From Eubacteriales bacterium (GTDB lineage Bacteria; Bacillota; Clostridia; Oscillospirales; CAG-272): DNA of 64,000 nt. The translations under genes were made by a program, and so were the position numbers. The notes under the pieces were generated by a model. It was given only the letters and a program-made list of their open reading frames with translations, had not been told where the DNA came from and ran no database searches. Position 1 is the stretch's first letter, and every line of letters starts with the position of its first letter. The DNA is taken from positions 15,525 through 79,524 of the forward strand of contig JAZODF010000003.1 of assembly GCA_045596865.1 (NCBI GenBank), written 5' to 3'. Shown here one piece after another: positions 1-10,609 of this stretch.

Positions 1-1181
1 TGTCCCTCGGCGACAACCCCTTCGCCAATGCGATCCTCGCACCCTTCTCTACCACCGTTACCACCGAGTGGAACGGAAAGGAATATACCGAGATCACCTA
101 CACCTTCGACGTCAGCGAGGGCGTTAAGGTGATCGACGGCTCGCTTTACACCGTCGTACCGAACGGCCTTGAGCTCTCCACCTACGTTCCGAACGGCACC
201 GCACACGCACTCATTCCCGAGGGCGTCGTGAGAGTTTCGGCAATGGCGTTCTCCGCCACCGACGTGGTGCGCGTCAGCCTGCCCCACAGCCTGAAGTCCA
301 TCGGACACAAGGCGTTCTACGATTGTGCAAGGCTGACCACCGTAATCTTCAAGAGCTACGAGGCACCCGTGCTTGAGGAGGAGTTCGACCAGAACTACTT
401 CTTCTCCGGTGAGAACTTCCCCGACAAGAGCGAGTACCAGGCGGGCAACGAGACCTACCCCGGTCTTGGCATCGTTCCCTACATTATGTATATCACCCTC
501 GACGGTGAGTCGAACATATTCGATTACTCCACCGTATTCTACGGTGCGACCTTCGTTGACTATATCGGTCACCGCGAGCCCTCGCTCGTGATGGTTGCCC
601 CCTCGAACGGTAAATATTACGACAGCTTCATCCTCGACCAATACTTCTCCGAGCGCGTGAGCGGTGCGGTCGCGGCTGACGAAAACACCCTCGCGGCTAT
701 CGAGGCGATCGCCTCCCTGCCCGAGAGAGTCGAGCTTGAGCACGAGGACCTCGTTATCGCGGCACGCGCGGCGTATGCGAAGGTTTCGCTTGAGCAGCAG
801 GCACTCGTAACCAATTACAGCGAGCTTCTCTCCGCCGAGTCGAGAATCGAGCAGAAGAAGAACGCGCTTGAAAACTCCAAGCCCAACGAAGGCGAGGAGA
901 ACGACAAACCCACCACCGAGCCCGAGCCCGAAAAGGACCACACGGCGCTCATGATCATTCTTATTTCCGTTGGCATCGTTATCGCCGCCGGCGGTGCGAT
1001 CTACTTCTTCTATTTCAGAAAAAAGGGCACCGAGGACGGCGAGGCGGATGCGGAATCCGACACCACCGCGGTTGAGGATAGCCCCGCAGAGGACGCCGCA
1101 GACGCACCCGTAAAAGAGGACGCCGACGCGGAGGTCGCCGAGCCGACGGAAAAGAGAGAGGACGACAGTACAGATGAATAA
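1..1181 (+). CDS. BspA-type leucine-rich-repeat surface protein, 5'-truncated by window edge, C-terminal TM anchor
   Basis: Frame 3 is open from nt 3 to the stop at 1179-1181, so the track ORF 129..1181 is only the part after the first Met. LRR-like units are present (VRVSLPHSLKSIGHKAFYDCARLTTVIF). A hydrophobic helix LMIILISVGIVIAAGGAIYFFYF is followed by an acidic tail. Confidence 0.6.
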   Translation, partial: SLGDNPFANAILAPFSTTVTTEWNGKEYTEITYTFDVSEGVKVIDGSLYTVVPNGLELSTYVPNGTAHALIPEGVVRVSAMAFSATDVVRVSLPHSLKSIGHKAFYDCARLTTVIFKSYEAPVLEEEFDQNYFFSGENFPDKSEYQAGNETYPGLGIVPYIMYITLDGESNIFDYSTVFYGATFVDYIGHREPSLVMVAPSNGKYYDSFILDQYFSERVSGAVAADENTLAAIEAIASLPERVELEHEDLVIAARAAYAKVSLEQQALVTNYSELLSAESRIEQKKNALENSKPNEGEENDKPTTEPEPEKDHTALMIILISVGIVIAAGGAIYFFYFRKKGTEDGEADAESDTTAVEDSPAEDAADAPVKEDADAEVAEPTEKREDDSTDE

Positions 1182-2478
1182 GACGATTAGAGCAATACTG
1201 ATTTTTGCCGTCGCGCTTGCCACCCTGCTTCTCGTCACCTCCTGCAAGGGCACCGATAACCCCTACGCCAGCGGGGCGGAGGACGGCTACACCGTCAATA
1301 TCCGCTACGACGCGAACGGCGGCACCTACGCCACCAATACCACGGTTATCGTTGACAGCTACTCCCCCGAGGATTTCCCCTCGGGGCGGTTGCCCCTGCT
1401 CCCCCCCGACAGCGAGCTTCGTAAGAATCCCTTCACTGCCAAGAGGAGCGGCTACTTCCTTGCCGGCTGGTACACCGAGCGCACCGAGGTGACCGACACC
1501 GACGGTAACACCTCCTACGCCTACTCGGGCCATTGGGATTTCGACGTCGACCGCGTTGACCTCAACACGCTTGAGGGTAACACGATGACCCTTTACGCCG
1601 CGTGGGTGCCCGAATTTTCCTTCGAGTTTATCGACCGCGAGAGCGGCGACACCCTCGGCACCGTGAGCGTAAACCCGCTTGACGGCTCCGACACGCTGAC
1701 CCTACCCGCGTGGAACACCGCGACGGGCAGGATGGACAAAAACGGCTTCCCCGAGTTCGTGGGCAAGACCTTCGACGCCGCCTACACCGACGGGGCGGGC
1801 GTAAATAAGATCACCGACACGACCGTCACTCACACGGGCAGGATCGACATTGAAACTGCCACGGCGACCGACAACGTTATGAAGATCTACCTCGACCTTC
1901 TCGACGGCAGCTGGTACCGCATCAGCACGGTTGACCAGCTCATCGCGAACGCAAACCCCACCGCACACTATATTATTGAAGCCGACCTCGATTTCGCGGG
2001 CAAGAGCTGGCCCCTCACGGGTAGCTTCTCCGGCTCGATCATCGGAAACGGACACAAGCTCGAAAACATCACCGCAAAGCAGGGTAGCCAATCCCAGCAG
2101 GCGGGCCTGTTCGGCAGCATTACCGACAGTGCCGTGATCCGCGACGTTGATTTCCTGAACGTTGATTACACGATCGCGAAGGGCTCGCGTAACCCGGGCG
2201 GCAGCTTCGGACTGTTCGCGGGCAGAATATTTGAGGGCGCGACCCTCGAGAACGTCACCGTCAGCGGTAAACTCACCGTGTCCTCCGAGGCAACGAACGG
2301 AAGCATCACCGCGGTCAACGGCGACCACAGCATCGGCCTCGTATGCGGTACGGGCTACGAATACTGCAACATTGATTACTCGGCGATCACGGTCGTCGCC
2401 CTTAACGAGGGCACGCGCTTCACCGTCACGGTCAGCGCGGACGGCAATACCGTCAGCTGGGTAAGAGAGCGGGCGTAA
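1174..2478 (+). CDS. Secreted lipoprotein with Listeria-Bacteroides (Flg_new) repeat and GLUG-like C-terminal region
   Basis: Signal peptide plus lipobox (LLLVTSCKG). GYFLAGWYTE...LYAAWVP is the Flg_new repeat signature. AGLFGSI and FGLFAGRI are GLUG-like. Its start overlaps the upstream stop by 8 nt. Confidence 0.55.
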   Translation: MNKTIRAILIFAVALATLLLVTSCKGTDNPYASGAEDGYTVNIRYDANGGTYATNTTVIVDSYSPEDFPSGRLPLLPPDSELRKNPFTAKRSGYFLAGWYTERTEVTDTDGNTSYAYSGHWDFDVDRVDLNTLEGNTMTLYAAWVPEFSFEFIDRESGDTLGTVSVNPLDGSDTLTLPAWNTATGRMDKNGFPEFVGKTFDAAYTDGAGVNKITDTTVTHTGRIDIETATATDNVMKIYLDLLDGSWYRISTVDQLIANANPTAHYIIEADLDFAGKSWPLTGSFSGSIIGNGHKLENITAKQGSQSQQAGLFGSITDSAVIRDVDFLNVDYTIAKGSRNPGGSFGLFAGRIFEGATLENVTVSGKLTVSSEATNGSITAVNGDHSIGLVCGTGYEYCNIDYSAITVVALNEGTRFTVTVSADGNTVSWVRERA

Positions 2479-2526
2479 GTCCGTATTAAACCGTTAATAA
2501 AAAATTATCATACAAGGAGAAACAAA

Positions 2527-5154
2527 ATGAAAAAGAGAATCATCTGTCTATTGCTTCTCGTGGCGATGTGTGCAAGCTGTGCCGTCGTTTTCACGGGCTG
2601 CAGGGGCAAAAACGGCGGAGATAAGACGAATCCCGACGCGCTCGTTATCATGACCGAGCAGCTCGACGGTCTGTTCAACCCCTTCTTCTCCACCTCCGCT
2701 ACCGACGGCACCATCGTCTCGATGACGCAGATCGGTATGCTCTCCTCCAAGTGCATCTACGACGCTAAGGGCAACGTAACCTCCGTCGAGGTCGCATTTG
2801 GCGATGACGAGGCGGTAGTAACCAAGGACTACCAGGTAACGCAGAATTCCGACGGCGATAACGTATATACCTTCGTTATCAAGAACGGCATCCTCTTCTC
2901 CGACGGTCACCCCCTGACCATCGAGGACGTGCTCTTCAACCTCTACCTCTATCTCGACCCCGTTTACACGGGCTCGGCAACCATCTACTCGACCGCCATC
3001 AAGGGCCTGAACGCGTACAGAAACCAGGACCCCGACGCGACCGAGGAGGATAACGACGACACCACCTCCGAGCAGGCGGCACAGAACGCATCCATGCGTA
3101 TTCTCGAGCTCGTTCAGCTTTACGAGACCGCCGCAGAGCAGAACGACGGCTCCTTCTACATCACCGTTGACGAGATGAAGGCGGCCATCGCAAACCACAC
3201 CCCCTCCTACGACTACATGGCGTCGATCATGACCTTCGACGAGATGGACGCGGACGGTGCCGAGGATAAGGCACGCGCACAGCTGCTTGCCGACTACGAG
3301 CAGGCGCTGAAGCTCTTTAACGAGGAGCTCTACACCGACTTTGAGAGCGCGAAGGACGCATACGTCGACGACGAGCGCTACGAGAAGTTCGAGGAGATCA
3401 AGAACGAGCTGTTCTGCTTCTTCCTTTACGAGGGCTACGTAACCATCGAGTACGAGAAGATCGCAGGCACCGACAAGGACGATAAGTCGAAGATCAAGGC
3501 CCTTCATCCCAACCTCGATATCAGCAAGTACACCACCAAGGACGCGGCGATCAAGCGCGTTTACGACGATATGATCGCAGAGTCGCTCTCCTCCATCCTC
3601 CTCTACTCTGTCAGCTCGTCCAAGCTGCTTAACGATTTCACCACGAAGGCAAAGGACGTCCTCCTCAAGAACCAGAGGGAGGGTGACGAGCTCGTCGTTC
3701 CCTCTATCTCGGGTATTCAGTCGCTCGGCCACAACGAGGCCACCAAGGGCAGCACCGTTACCGTTAACGGTAACGAGTACACCGTCGCATCCAACCACGA
3801 TGCAAACGGCGTGCCCACCGACGGCTACGACGTGTTGCAGATCACCATCGACGGCGTTGACCCCAAGGCACAGTGGAACTTTGCCTTCTCCGTCGCTCCC
3901 CAGCACTACTACGGCGAGGGTGCAAAGACCCCCGTTGACATTGAGAACAACAAGTTCGGCGTTGATTTTGGTGAGTTTGAATTTATGAAGGGCGTCGTTC
4001 AGTCCGTCCGTAACATCATGCTCCCGATGGGTGCGGGTCCCTACAAGGTAACCGACCGCGCTAACAGCGACAGCCCCGCAACCACCGACTTCTACACCTC
4101 GGGTATCGTTTACTTCAAGCGTAACGATAACTTCCACACCGTTGGCGAGAGCCTGAATAACGCGAAGATCGAGAAGGTCCGCTATCAGGTCGTTTCCGCC
4201 GCAAACTCCATCGGCGCGCTTCAGGAGGGCTCGGTGCACTACATCACCCCCCAGCTCACCAAGGAGAACGACGAGAAGCTGAAGAACATGGCCGCAAACG
4301 GCTACAACTCCATCAAGACCGACCAGCTTGGCTACGGTTACATCGGTATCAACGCAAGCCATATCCCCGACATCAATATCCGTAAGGCTATTATGTGCGC
4401 GATGAACACCTCGCTTGCCCTCGACTACTACACCCTCGATTCCGCGAGCCAGATCTACTGGCCGATGTCGAAGGTATCCTGGGCCTATCCCGACGGCTCG
4501 AGCGCGACCGACAACGGCAGGGATTACCCCCAGATCGACGAGCAGTGGAGCGAGTCCATTGCCATCGCAAATATCCAGAAGTATATGAGCCTTGCAGGCG
4601 TTTCCGCAGGTGACAGCGTGCTGTCCATCGAGTTCACCATCGCGGGCTCCAACCTTCAGGACCACCCCACCTACAAGGTATTCCGCGATGCGGCGGCGCT
4701 CCTCAACTCCCTCGGCTGGGATATCACGGTTGAGCCCGATACGCAGGCGTTGACCAAGATCAACACCGGCTCGCTCGCAGTATGGGCGGCGGCGTGGGGC
4801 TCCACCATCGACCCCGATATGTATCAGGTATATCACAAGAACTCCACCGCCACCTCGACCAAGGGCTGGGGCTACGACGAGATCAAGAGAAACGACGAGC
4901 AAAGAAAGATCCTCGACGAGCTCTCCGACCTTATCGACCAGGCGCGCGAGACCAACGATCAGGAGGTCCGCAAGGAGCTTTACGAGCTTGCAATGGGCAA
5001 GGTGCTCGACCTCGCGGTTGAGCTTCCCGTTTACCAGAGAAGCACGCTTTACGCCTACAACGCGAACGTAATCAAGGCAGAGAGCCTTCCCGAGGAGATC
5101 AACCCCTACTCCTCCCCCCTTGACAGAATCTGGGAGATCGAGTTCGCTAACTGA
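2527..5154 (+). CDS. ABC transporter substrate-binding lipoprotein, family 5 (Opp/Dpp type), unusually large (875 aa)
   Basis: Lipobox VFTGCRG. The N-terminal region has an SBP_bac_5-like motif (LDGLFNPFFSTSATDGTIVSMTQIGML). It heads an operon with two permeases and two ATPases. Confidence 0.8.
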   Translation: MKKRIICLLLLVAMCASCAVVFTGCRGKNGGDKTNPDALVIMTEQLDGLFNPFFSTSATDGTIVSMTQIGMLSSKCIYDAKGNVTSVEVAFGDDEAVVTKDYQVTQNSDGDNVYTFVIKNGILFSDGHPLTIEDVLFNLYLYLDPVYTGSATIYSTAIKGLNAYRNQDPDATEEDNDDTTSEQAAQNASMRILELVQLYETAAEQNDGSFYITVDEMKAAIANHTPSYDYMASIMTFDEMDADGAEDKARAQLLADYEQALKLFNEELYTDFESAKDAYVDDERYEKFEEIKNELFCFFLYEGYVTIEYEKIAGTDKDDKSKIKALHPNLDISKYTTKDAAIKRVYDDMIAESLSSILLYSVSSSKLLNDFTTKAKDVLLKNQREGDELVVPSISGIQSLGHNEATKGSTVTVNGNEYTVASNHDANGVPTDGYDVLQITIDGVDPKAQWNFAFSVAPQHYYGEGAKTPVDIENNKFGVDFGEFEFMKGVVQSVRNIMLPMGAGPYKVTDRANSDSPATTDFYTSGIVYFKRNDNFHTVGESLNNAKIEKVRYQVVSAANSIGALQEGSVHYITPQLTKENDEKLKNMAANGYNSIKTDQLGYGYIGINASHIPDINIRKAIMCAMNTSLALDYYTLDSASQIYWPMSKVSWAYPDGSSATDNGRDYPQIDEQWSESIAIANIQKYMSLAGVSAGDSVLSIEFTIAGSNLQDHPTYKVFRDAAALLNSLGWDITVEPDTQALTKINTGSLAVWAAAWGSTIDPDMYQVYHKNSTATSTKGWGYDEIKRNDEQRKILDELSDLIDQARETNDQEVRKELYELAMGKVLDLAVELPVYQRSTLYAYNANVIKAESLPEEINPYSSPLDRIWEIEFAN

Positions 5155-5167
5155 CGAGGTTTGAATA

Positions 5168-6160
5168 ATGCTTAAATACATACTCAAAAGAATTGGGCTT
5201 GCCATCATAATTCTTCTCGGTGTGTCGCTAATCATTTATTTCCTTATCCGCCTTATGCCCGTCGACTTCATTCAGTCGAAGATCGACGCGATGAACCAGG
5301 GGGGAACCGTCGTCCCCGACGACGTCGTGCAGAATATGTATAAGATGTACGGCCTCGGCGACGATTCCTTCCTCGGTATTCTCGAGGGCTATTTCAACTG
5401 GCTGTTACAGCTGCTTCAAGGAAATCTCGGAAATTGCTTCAAGAACGGAACGCCCGTTACCACCGTCATCAAGCAGCACATGGGCGTCTCCTTCGCAATT
5501 TCCTTAATTGCAACCGTTTTTGAATTTATGATCGCGATCCCGCTGGGAATCACGGCGGCAACGCATCAGTATTCCCTGCGCGACTACGTCGTTACCATCC
5601 TCGTTATGATAGGTATTTCACTTCCTTCCTTCTTCTTCGGAAATATGCTGAAGGATCTGTTTGCCTACAAGCTCGGGTGGTTCCCGTCACAGGGTGACAT
5701 TTCGGCGACGGGCTCGGCCACGGGTCTTGCCCTTCTGCCCGAATACTTTATGCACCTGTTCCTCCCCATTCTCACGATAATCATCCTCTCCATCGGCGGA
5801 CGAATGAGAATGACGAGGACGAATATGCTCGAGGTCCTGAACTCGGATTACATCCGTACCGCACGCGCGAAGGGCCTCTCCGAAACCAAGGTCATCTACA
5901 AGCACGCCTTCCGCAACACACTCATCCCCGTCGTAACCAGCCTTGCGGGACTTCTTCCCTCTCTGTTCTCGGGATCCATCATCACCGAGCAGATCTTCGG
6001 CGTTCAGGGTATCGGTAACGTTGCGCTCGACTATATGAACAAGGGTGACATCCCCTTCATCATGGGCTACAACATGTTCCTCGCCGTTCTTTCGGTCATC
6101 GGCGTATTGCTTGCCGACCTTATGTACGTTCTCGTTGACCCGAGAGTCAAGATCGAGTAA
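5168..6160 (+). CDS. ABC transporter permease (OppB/DppB-like)
   Basis: Multi-TM protein with an EAA-loop-like segment (YIRTARAKGLSETKVIYKHAFRN), typical of BPD_transp_1 OppB. Confidence 0.85.
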   Translation: MLKYILKRIGLAIIILLGVSLIIYFLIRLMPVDFIQSKIDAMNQGGTVVPDDVVQNMYKMYGLGDDSFLGILEGYFNWLLQLLQGNLGNCFKNGTPVTTVIKQHMGVSFAISLIATVFEFMIAIPLGITAATHQYSLRDYVVTILVMIGISLPSFFFGNMLKDLFAYKLGWFPSQGDISATGSATGLALLPEYFMHLFLPILTIIILSIGGRMRMTRTNMLEVLNSDYIRTARAKGLSETKVIYKHAFRNTLIPVVTSLAGLLPSLFSGSIITEQIFGVQGIGNVALDYMNKGDIPFIMGYNMFLAVLSVIGVLLADLMYVLVDPRVKIE

Positions 6161-6169
6161 GGAGGCAGT

Positions 6170-7318
6170 ATGGAAGAAAAGAATATTCCCGAAATTTCCC
6201 CTGCCACCGAAGGTACCGAGGGCGTAAATACCACCGAGGCCGTCAGCACCTCCTCGAAGGACACCGAGGCACCGCTTGACAAGAACGTCAAGCTCCTCTC
6301 CCCGACGCAGATGGTGCTTCGCCGCTTCTTCCGCTCGCGTCTTAGTATCATCGGTCTTATTATGATCGTGTCGCTGTTTTTGTTCTCCTTCTTCGGCCCG
6401 CTGTTCTTTGCCGACAGGGGTGAGAAAAACGAGATGGGCGGCATCGTCTACGACCCGAACGACGGCAAGTGGGGCGAGATCGAGCTCGACGAATCGGGTC
6501 AGATCGAATACTCCACCACCGAGTACGAGATAATCGGCGAAAACGGCGAGAAGATCACCGTCCGCCAGACCGTTGAGCGTAAGCTCAAGGACAATTTCCT
6601 CGCACCCCCGTCCCGCGACCACATCCTCGGCACGGATAACGAGGGCTACGACATCTTCGTCCGCCTTATGTACGGTGGGCGTATATCCCTGACCGTCAGC
6701 TTCATCGCCGTTTTCGTTATCACCATTCTCGGCGTCGTGCTCGGCGGTGTTGCGGGCTACTTCGGCGGGGTTATCGACAACGTTATCATGCGTATTTGCG
6801 ATATCCTTATGTGCCTGCCGGGTATTCCGATCCTTCTCATCATCTCGACGCTTCTCGACGCGGCGGGCATCGATGCGAAGTACCGTATCTATTTACTTAT
6901 GATCTATCTGACCCTCTTCTCCTGGACGGGTACCGCCCGCCTCGTAAGAGGACAGATCCTCTCCCTGCGTGAGCAGGAGTACATGGTCGCCGCCGAGGCG
7001 ATGGGCTACTCCACCGCGCGAAAGATATTCAAGCACCTCGTGCCCAACGTAATGCCTCAGCTCATCGTGCAGATGACCCTCTCGCTCGGTAGTATGATCC
7101 TTTACGAGGCGACCCTCTCCTACCTCAATCTCGGAGTCAAGGCGCCCTACGCCGCATGGGGTACTATGATCAACATCATTTCCACCAACACCGACATCCT
7201 TCAGAACCACTTCAACGTCTGGGGACCCGCCGGTATCTGCATCGTTATTGCCGTGCTTGGCTTCAACTTCGTTGGCGACGGCCTGCGCGACGCGCTCGAC
7301 CCCAAGATGAGGAGATAA
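6170..7318 (+). CDS. ABC transporter permease (OppC/DppC-like) with N-terminal/extracytoplasmic extension
   Basis: REQEYMVAAEAMGYSTARKIFKHLVPN is OppC-like, and HILGTDNEGYDIF is a conserved OppC N-motif. About 100 extra residues precede it. Confidence 0.85.
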   Translation: MEEKNIPEISPATEGTEGVNTTEAVSTSSKDTEAPLDKNVKLLSPTQMVLRRFFRSRLSIIGLIMIVSLFLFSFFGPLFFADRGEKNEMGGIVYDPNDGKWGEIELDESGQIEYSTTEYEIIGENGEKITVRQTVERKLKDNFLAPPSRDHILGTDNEGYDIFVRLMYGGRISLTVSFIAVFVITILGVVLGGVAGYFGGVIDNVIMRICDILMCLPGIPILLIISTLLDAAGIDAKYRIYLLMIYLTLFSWTGTARLVRGQILSLREQEYMVAAEAMGYSTARKIFKHLVPNVMPQLIVQMTLSLGSMILYEATLSYLNLGVKAPYAAWGTMINIISTNTDILQNHFNVWGPAGICIVIAVLGFNFVGDGLRDALDPKMRR

Positions 7319-7321
7319 GAT

Positions 7322-8680
7322 ATGAATATTATTGATAAAATCAAATCCCTCCTCGGAAAGGGCGAGGACGGCGAGATCAAGACGGGCGACAAGCCCCGTG
7401 CCTACCTCACGGGTAGGGAGATCCGCGCGATTGCAAAGGCTAATTCCAAGGTGATGATGCGCCTCGAAAAGTACAAGAAGCGCAAGGCGGACGAGTCCGA
7501 ATTCGTCACCGAGATGAAGGACGACAGGAATATCCTCGAGATCGAGGACCTGCACACCTATTTCTTCACCGATCAGGGCGTTGTCAAGGCGGTCAACGGC
7601 GTTTCCTTCAACATTCCGAAGAACGCAACCGTCGGCATCGTCGGCGAGTCGGGCTGTGGCAAGAGCGTCACGAGCATGTCGGTCATGCGCCTGCTCCAGG
7701 GACCGCAGGGCCAGATCTACTCGGGTAGCATCCGCTTCAAGGCGTACGATTACAAGCGCGAGGGCGGCAAGCTCATCCCCGTTTACGAGCTCGGCGAGGA
7801 CGGTCAGCCGATCATGGTTGACGAGTTAAACAAGAAGGGCGAGCCCACGGGCAAAAAGATCCCGAAGCAGCGCCTCGACGAAAAGGGCGCGCCGATGTTC
7901 GAGACCGAGGAAAAGGTCTACGACATTGCGAAAATGCCGCAGAGCGAGATCTACCGCATCCGCGGAAAGCAGATCGCAATGATCTTCCAGGAGCCGATGA
8001 CCTCCTTAAACCCCATTTTCACCATAGGTGAACAGCTCGACGAGGTGACCTTCATCCACACGCCCGGCGCGACCAAGGAGATGGCGAAGGAGCGCTCGAT
8101 GGAGATGCTCAACCTCGTTGGAATTGCCGCGCCCGAGCGCGTTTACAAGGCGTTCCCGCACGAGCTGTCGGGCGGAATGCGACAGAGGGTTATGATCGCG
8201 ATGGCGCTTGCCTGCGATCCCCGACTCATCATCGCGGACGAGCCGACCACCGCGCTCGACGTTACCATTCAGGCGCAGATCCTCGACCTGCTCCGTGACC
8301 TGAAGGACCGTATCGACGGCTCTATTATGCTCATCACCCACGACCTCGGCGTTATTGCGGAGATGGCGGATTTCGTCGTCGTAATGTACGCGGGCCGCGT
8401 TATCGAGATGGGCACGGTCAGGGAGATCTTCCATAACCCGATGCACCCCTACACCATCGGTCTTCAGAAGTCGAAGCCCACGATGGACTCCGACTCCGAC
8501 ACCCTCTTTAACATCCCCGGCAACGTGCCGAACCCCGTAAATATGCCCAACTACTGCTACTTCAAGGAAAGATGCTCGATGTGCACCCCGAAGTGTGGCG
8601 GCGACTACCCCTGCATGGTACAGGTAAGCCCGACGCACTACGTTTCCTGTCACCTTTATGAGGAGGAGAAAAATGGCTGA
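7322..8680 (+). CDS. ABC transporter ATP-binding protein (OppD/DppD-like) with N-terminal extension and internal insertion
   Basis: Walker A GESGCGKS, signature LSGGMRQR, Walker [13 protein letters not shown], and a C-terminal oligopeptide-ATPase Cys-rich tail. Confidence 0.85.
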   Translation: MNIIDKIKSLLGKGEDGEIKTGDKPRAYLTGREIRAIAKANSKVMMRLEKYKKRKADESEFVTEMKDDRNILEIEDLHTYFFTDQGVVKAVNGVSFNIPKNATVGIVGESGCGKSVTSMSVMRLLQGPQGQIYSGSIRFKAYDYKREGGKLIPVYELGEDGQPIMVDELNKKGEPTGKKIPKQRLDEKGAPMFETEEKVYDIAKMPQSEIYRIRGKQIAMIFQEPMTSLNPIFTIGEQLDEVTFIHTPGATKEMAKERSMEMLNLVGIAAPERVYKAFPHELSGGMRQRVMIAMALACDPRLIIADEPTTALDVTIQAQILDLLRDLKDRIDGSIMLITHDLGVIAEMADFVVVMYAGRVIEMGTVREIFHNPMHPYTIGLQKSKPTMDSDSDTLFNIPGNVPNPVNMPNYCYFKERCSMCTPKCGGDYPCMVQVSPTHYVSCHLYEEEKNG

Positions 8681-9830
8681 TATTTTGAATAACGAAAATG
8701 CGGCGATCTCCGACGCGGTGAACGAGGAAAACACACCCGTAGCAGAGGTCGGGGCCACCCCCGCGGACGCGCCCGAGTATGACGACGAGGCGATCGCCGC
8801 AAAATACGAGGCACAAAAGCGCGCAAGACGCGACGCCGATATGGATAAGCCCTACGATCCCGAGGCTATCCTCGAGGTGCGCCACCTTCGCAAGTGCTTC
8901 CCGCTGAAGAAGTCGCTGACGGGCAAGGTCCTCTCCGAGCTCGTCGCGGTTGACGACGTGTCCTTCGTACTCAAGCCGGGTGAGACGCTCGGTATCGTTG
9001 GCGAGTCGGGATGCGGAAAGACCACCCTCGGCAGGGCGATCCTCAAGCTGCACAAGCCGACCGACGGCAAGATCATCTTCATGGGTGAGGACATCACCGA
9101 CTATAAGACGAACGAGATGCGCGAGATCCGCAAGAAGATGCAGATCATCTTCCAGGACCCCTACTCCTCCCTGCCGCCCCGTAGCACGGTGGGCGACATC
9201 CTCTCCGAGCCCGTGCTCGTTCACGGAATCGTGCCGAAGAGCGAGGTTAAGGACTATGTCCTTAATCTTATGGAGAAGTGCGGTCTGCGCGACTACTATT
9301 ACGAGAGATACCCGCACGAGTTCTCGGGCGGTCAGCGTCAGCGTATCTGCATCGCACGCGCCCTGTCGGTCAATCCGAGCCTCGTCATCTGTGACGAGCC
9401 CGTTTCCGCGCTCGACGTGTCTATTCAGGCGCAGATCATCAACCTTCTGAAGGAATTACAGAGGGATATGAACCTCACCTACGTGTTCATCTCGCACGAC
9501 CTGTCGGTCGTCAAGTTCATCTCCGACAAGATCGGCGTAATGTACCTCGGCTCGATGGTTGAGTTCGGTAACAAGGCCGACATCTTCTCGAATCCCATCC
9601 ACCCGTATACGAAGGCGCTGTTCTCCGCGATCCCGAATCCGAATCCCGACGCGAAGATGAACCGCATCCCCCTCTCGGGTGATATTCCCTCCCCCGCAAA
9701 TCCGCCGAAGGGCTGTCGCTTCCATACGCGCTGCCCATACGCGAAGGAGATCTGCAAGCACATCCCACCCGAGTACAAGGAGTATGGCGAGGGGCATTTC
9801 GCCGCCTGTCACCTGCTTGACGAGGAGTGA
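8673..9830 (+). CDS. ABC transporter ATP-binding protein (OppF/DppF-like) with ~70-aa acidic N-terminal extension
   Basis: Walker A GESGCGKT, signature FSGGQRQR, Walker B LVICDEPVSALD. I chose ATG 8673, which lies 5 nt after GGAGGAG, over the track start 8658. Confidence 0.85.
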   Translation: MADILNNENAAISDAVNEENTPVAEVGATPADAPEYDDEAIAAKYEAQKRARRDADMDKPYDPEAILEVRHLRKCFPLKKSLTGKVLSELVAVDDVSFVLKPGETLGIVGESGCGKTTLGRAILKLHKPTDGKIIFMGEDITDYKTNEMREIRKKMQIIFQDPYSSLPPRSTVGDILSEPVLVHGIVPKSEVKDYVLNLMEKCGLRDYYYERYPHEFSGGQRQRICIARALSVNPSLVICDEPVSALDVSIQAQIINLLKELQRDMNLTYVFISHDLSVVKFISDKIGVMYLGSMVEFGNKADIFSNPIHPYTKALFSAIPNPNPDAKMNRIPLSGDIPSPANPPKGCRFHTRCPYAKEICKHIPPEYKEYGEGHFAACHLLDEE

Positions 9831-9832
9831 AA

Positions 9833-10069
9833 ATGAGCAAAAAGGGGAAAAAGAAAAAGCAAAAGGTAACCTACATCGACGACGGCAGGACCATCGCCGA
9901 TATGTCGAACGTCGGCGGTCCCCGCTACCACGGTAGCGGCCGCCCCCGCGCCTCCTTTAAGGAGCAGTGGAAAACCTACTGCGGCGCGGTGCGGATGATG
10001 TTCGTACCGATGCTCGTCGTGCTCGGCATCATCACCCTCGCGTTCCTTATTACCTATTTGCTGTTTTAA
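9833..10069 (+). CDS. Small basic membrane protein (78 aa), hypothetical
   Basis: The ATG follows GAGGAG. Lys-rich N-terminus and one C-terminal TM helix (MMFVPMLVVLGIITLAFLITYLLF). It is followed by terminator 10256-10282. Confidence 0.35.
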   Translation: MSKKGKKKKQKVTYIDDGRTIADMSNVGGPRYHGSGRPRASFKEQWKTYCGAVRMMFVPMLVVLGIITLAFLITYLLF

Positions 10070-10255
10070 GAAAAGGCATAGATTGTTCGCTTTTGCCGAT
10101 TTGAGTAAGGGCGTCAATATCTGCGTAATTGCCGTTTTGCTAAACGCATACTCCATCTGCCGTTCGTTAACACATCGGCATTTGCGGTATTGTCATTTTA
10201 AAAAAAGGCATCGAAATCTGCGTCAATTGCCGTTTGAAACACGCCAAAATTTAAC

Positions 10256-10282
10256 ACGCCCCCACCTCGGGGGCGTTTTTTG
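10256..10282 (+). terminator. Rho-independent terminator after the ABC operon
   Basis: ACGCCCCC-acctc-GGGGGCGT followed by a T run. Confidence 0.7.
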
Positions 10283-10294
10283 TTCAGTTTCAAT

Positions 10295-10359
10295 TGTTGT
10301 CCGAGCGTGTTGCCCGAGCATGTTGCCCGAGAGTGTTGCCCGAGAGTGTTGCCCGTGCC
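10295..10359. repeat. 13-bp tandem repeat x5 (TGTTGCCCGAGAG)
   Basis: Units start at 10295, 10308, 10321, 10334 and 10347. They are intergenic. Confidence 0.9.
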
Positions 10360-10550
10360 AAAAACCGCACCCTTTTTCGTAGGGACCGGCGTCCTTCATT
10401 ATTGTAGGGACCGGCGTCCTCGACGGTCCGTGACACAGCGGGATGCAAACAATTGCCATCGCCCGTGCGTGTAAGGCTCGGTTGCCCCTTGTTTTGCCTC
10501 GATTTTATTGCCTTGCTCGGCTCGGACCGTCAAGTTGCAATGCAACTTTC

Positions 10551-10606
10551 GGACGCACGGTCCCTACAAAAAATAGAAAAACACGGCTCATGTGAGCCGT
10601 GTTTTT
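10551..10606 (+). repeat. 56-bp direct repeat, left copy (contains terminator hairpin)
   Basis: GGACGCACGGTCCCTACAAAAAATAGAAAAACACGGCTCATGTGAGCCGTGTTTTT. It matches 12949-13004 at 54/56 positions. Confidence 0.9.
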
Positions 10607-10609
10607 CAA

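Noticed and set aside
2548-5235. 895-aa ORF on the minus strand
   Set aside because: It is antisense to the ABC substrate-binding gene. Its composition is V/G/L/D-rich and unprotein-like, while the + strand product has clear family motifs and operon context.
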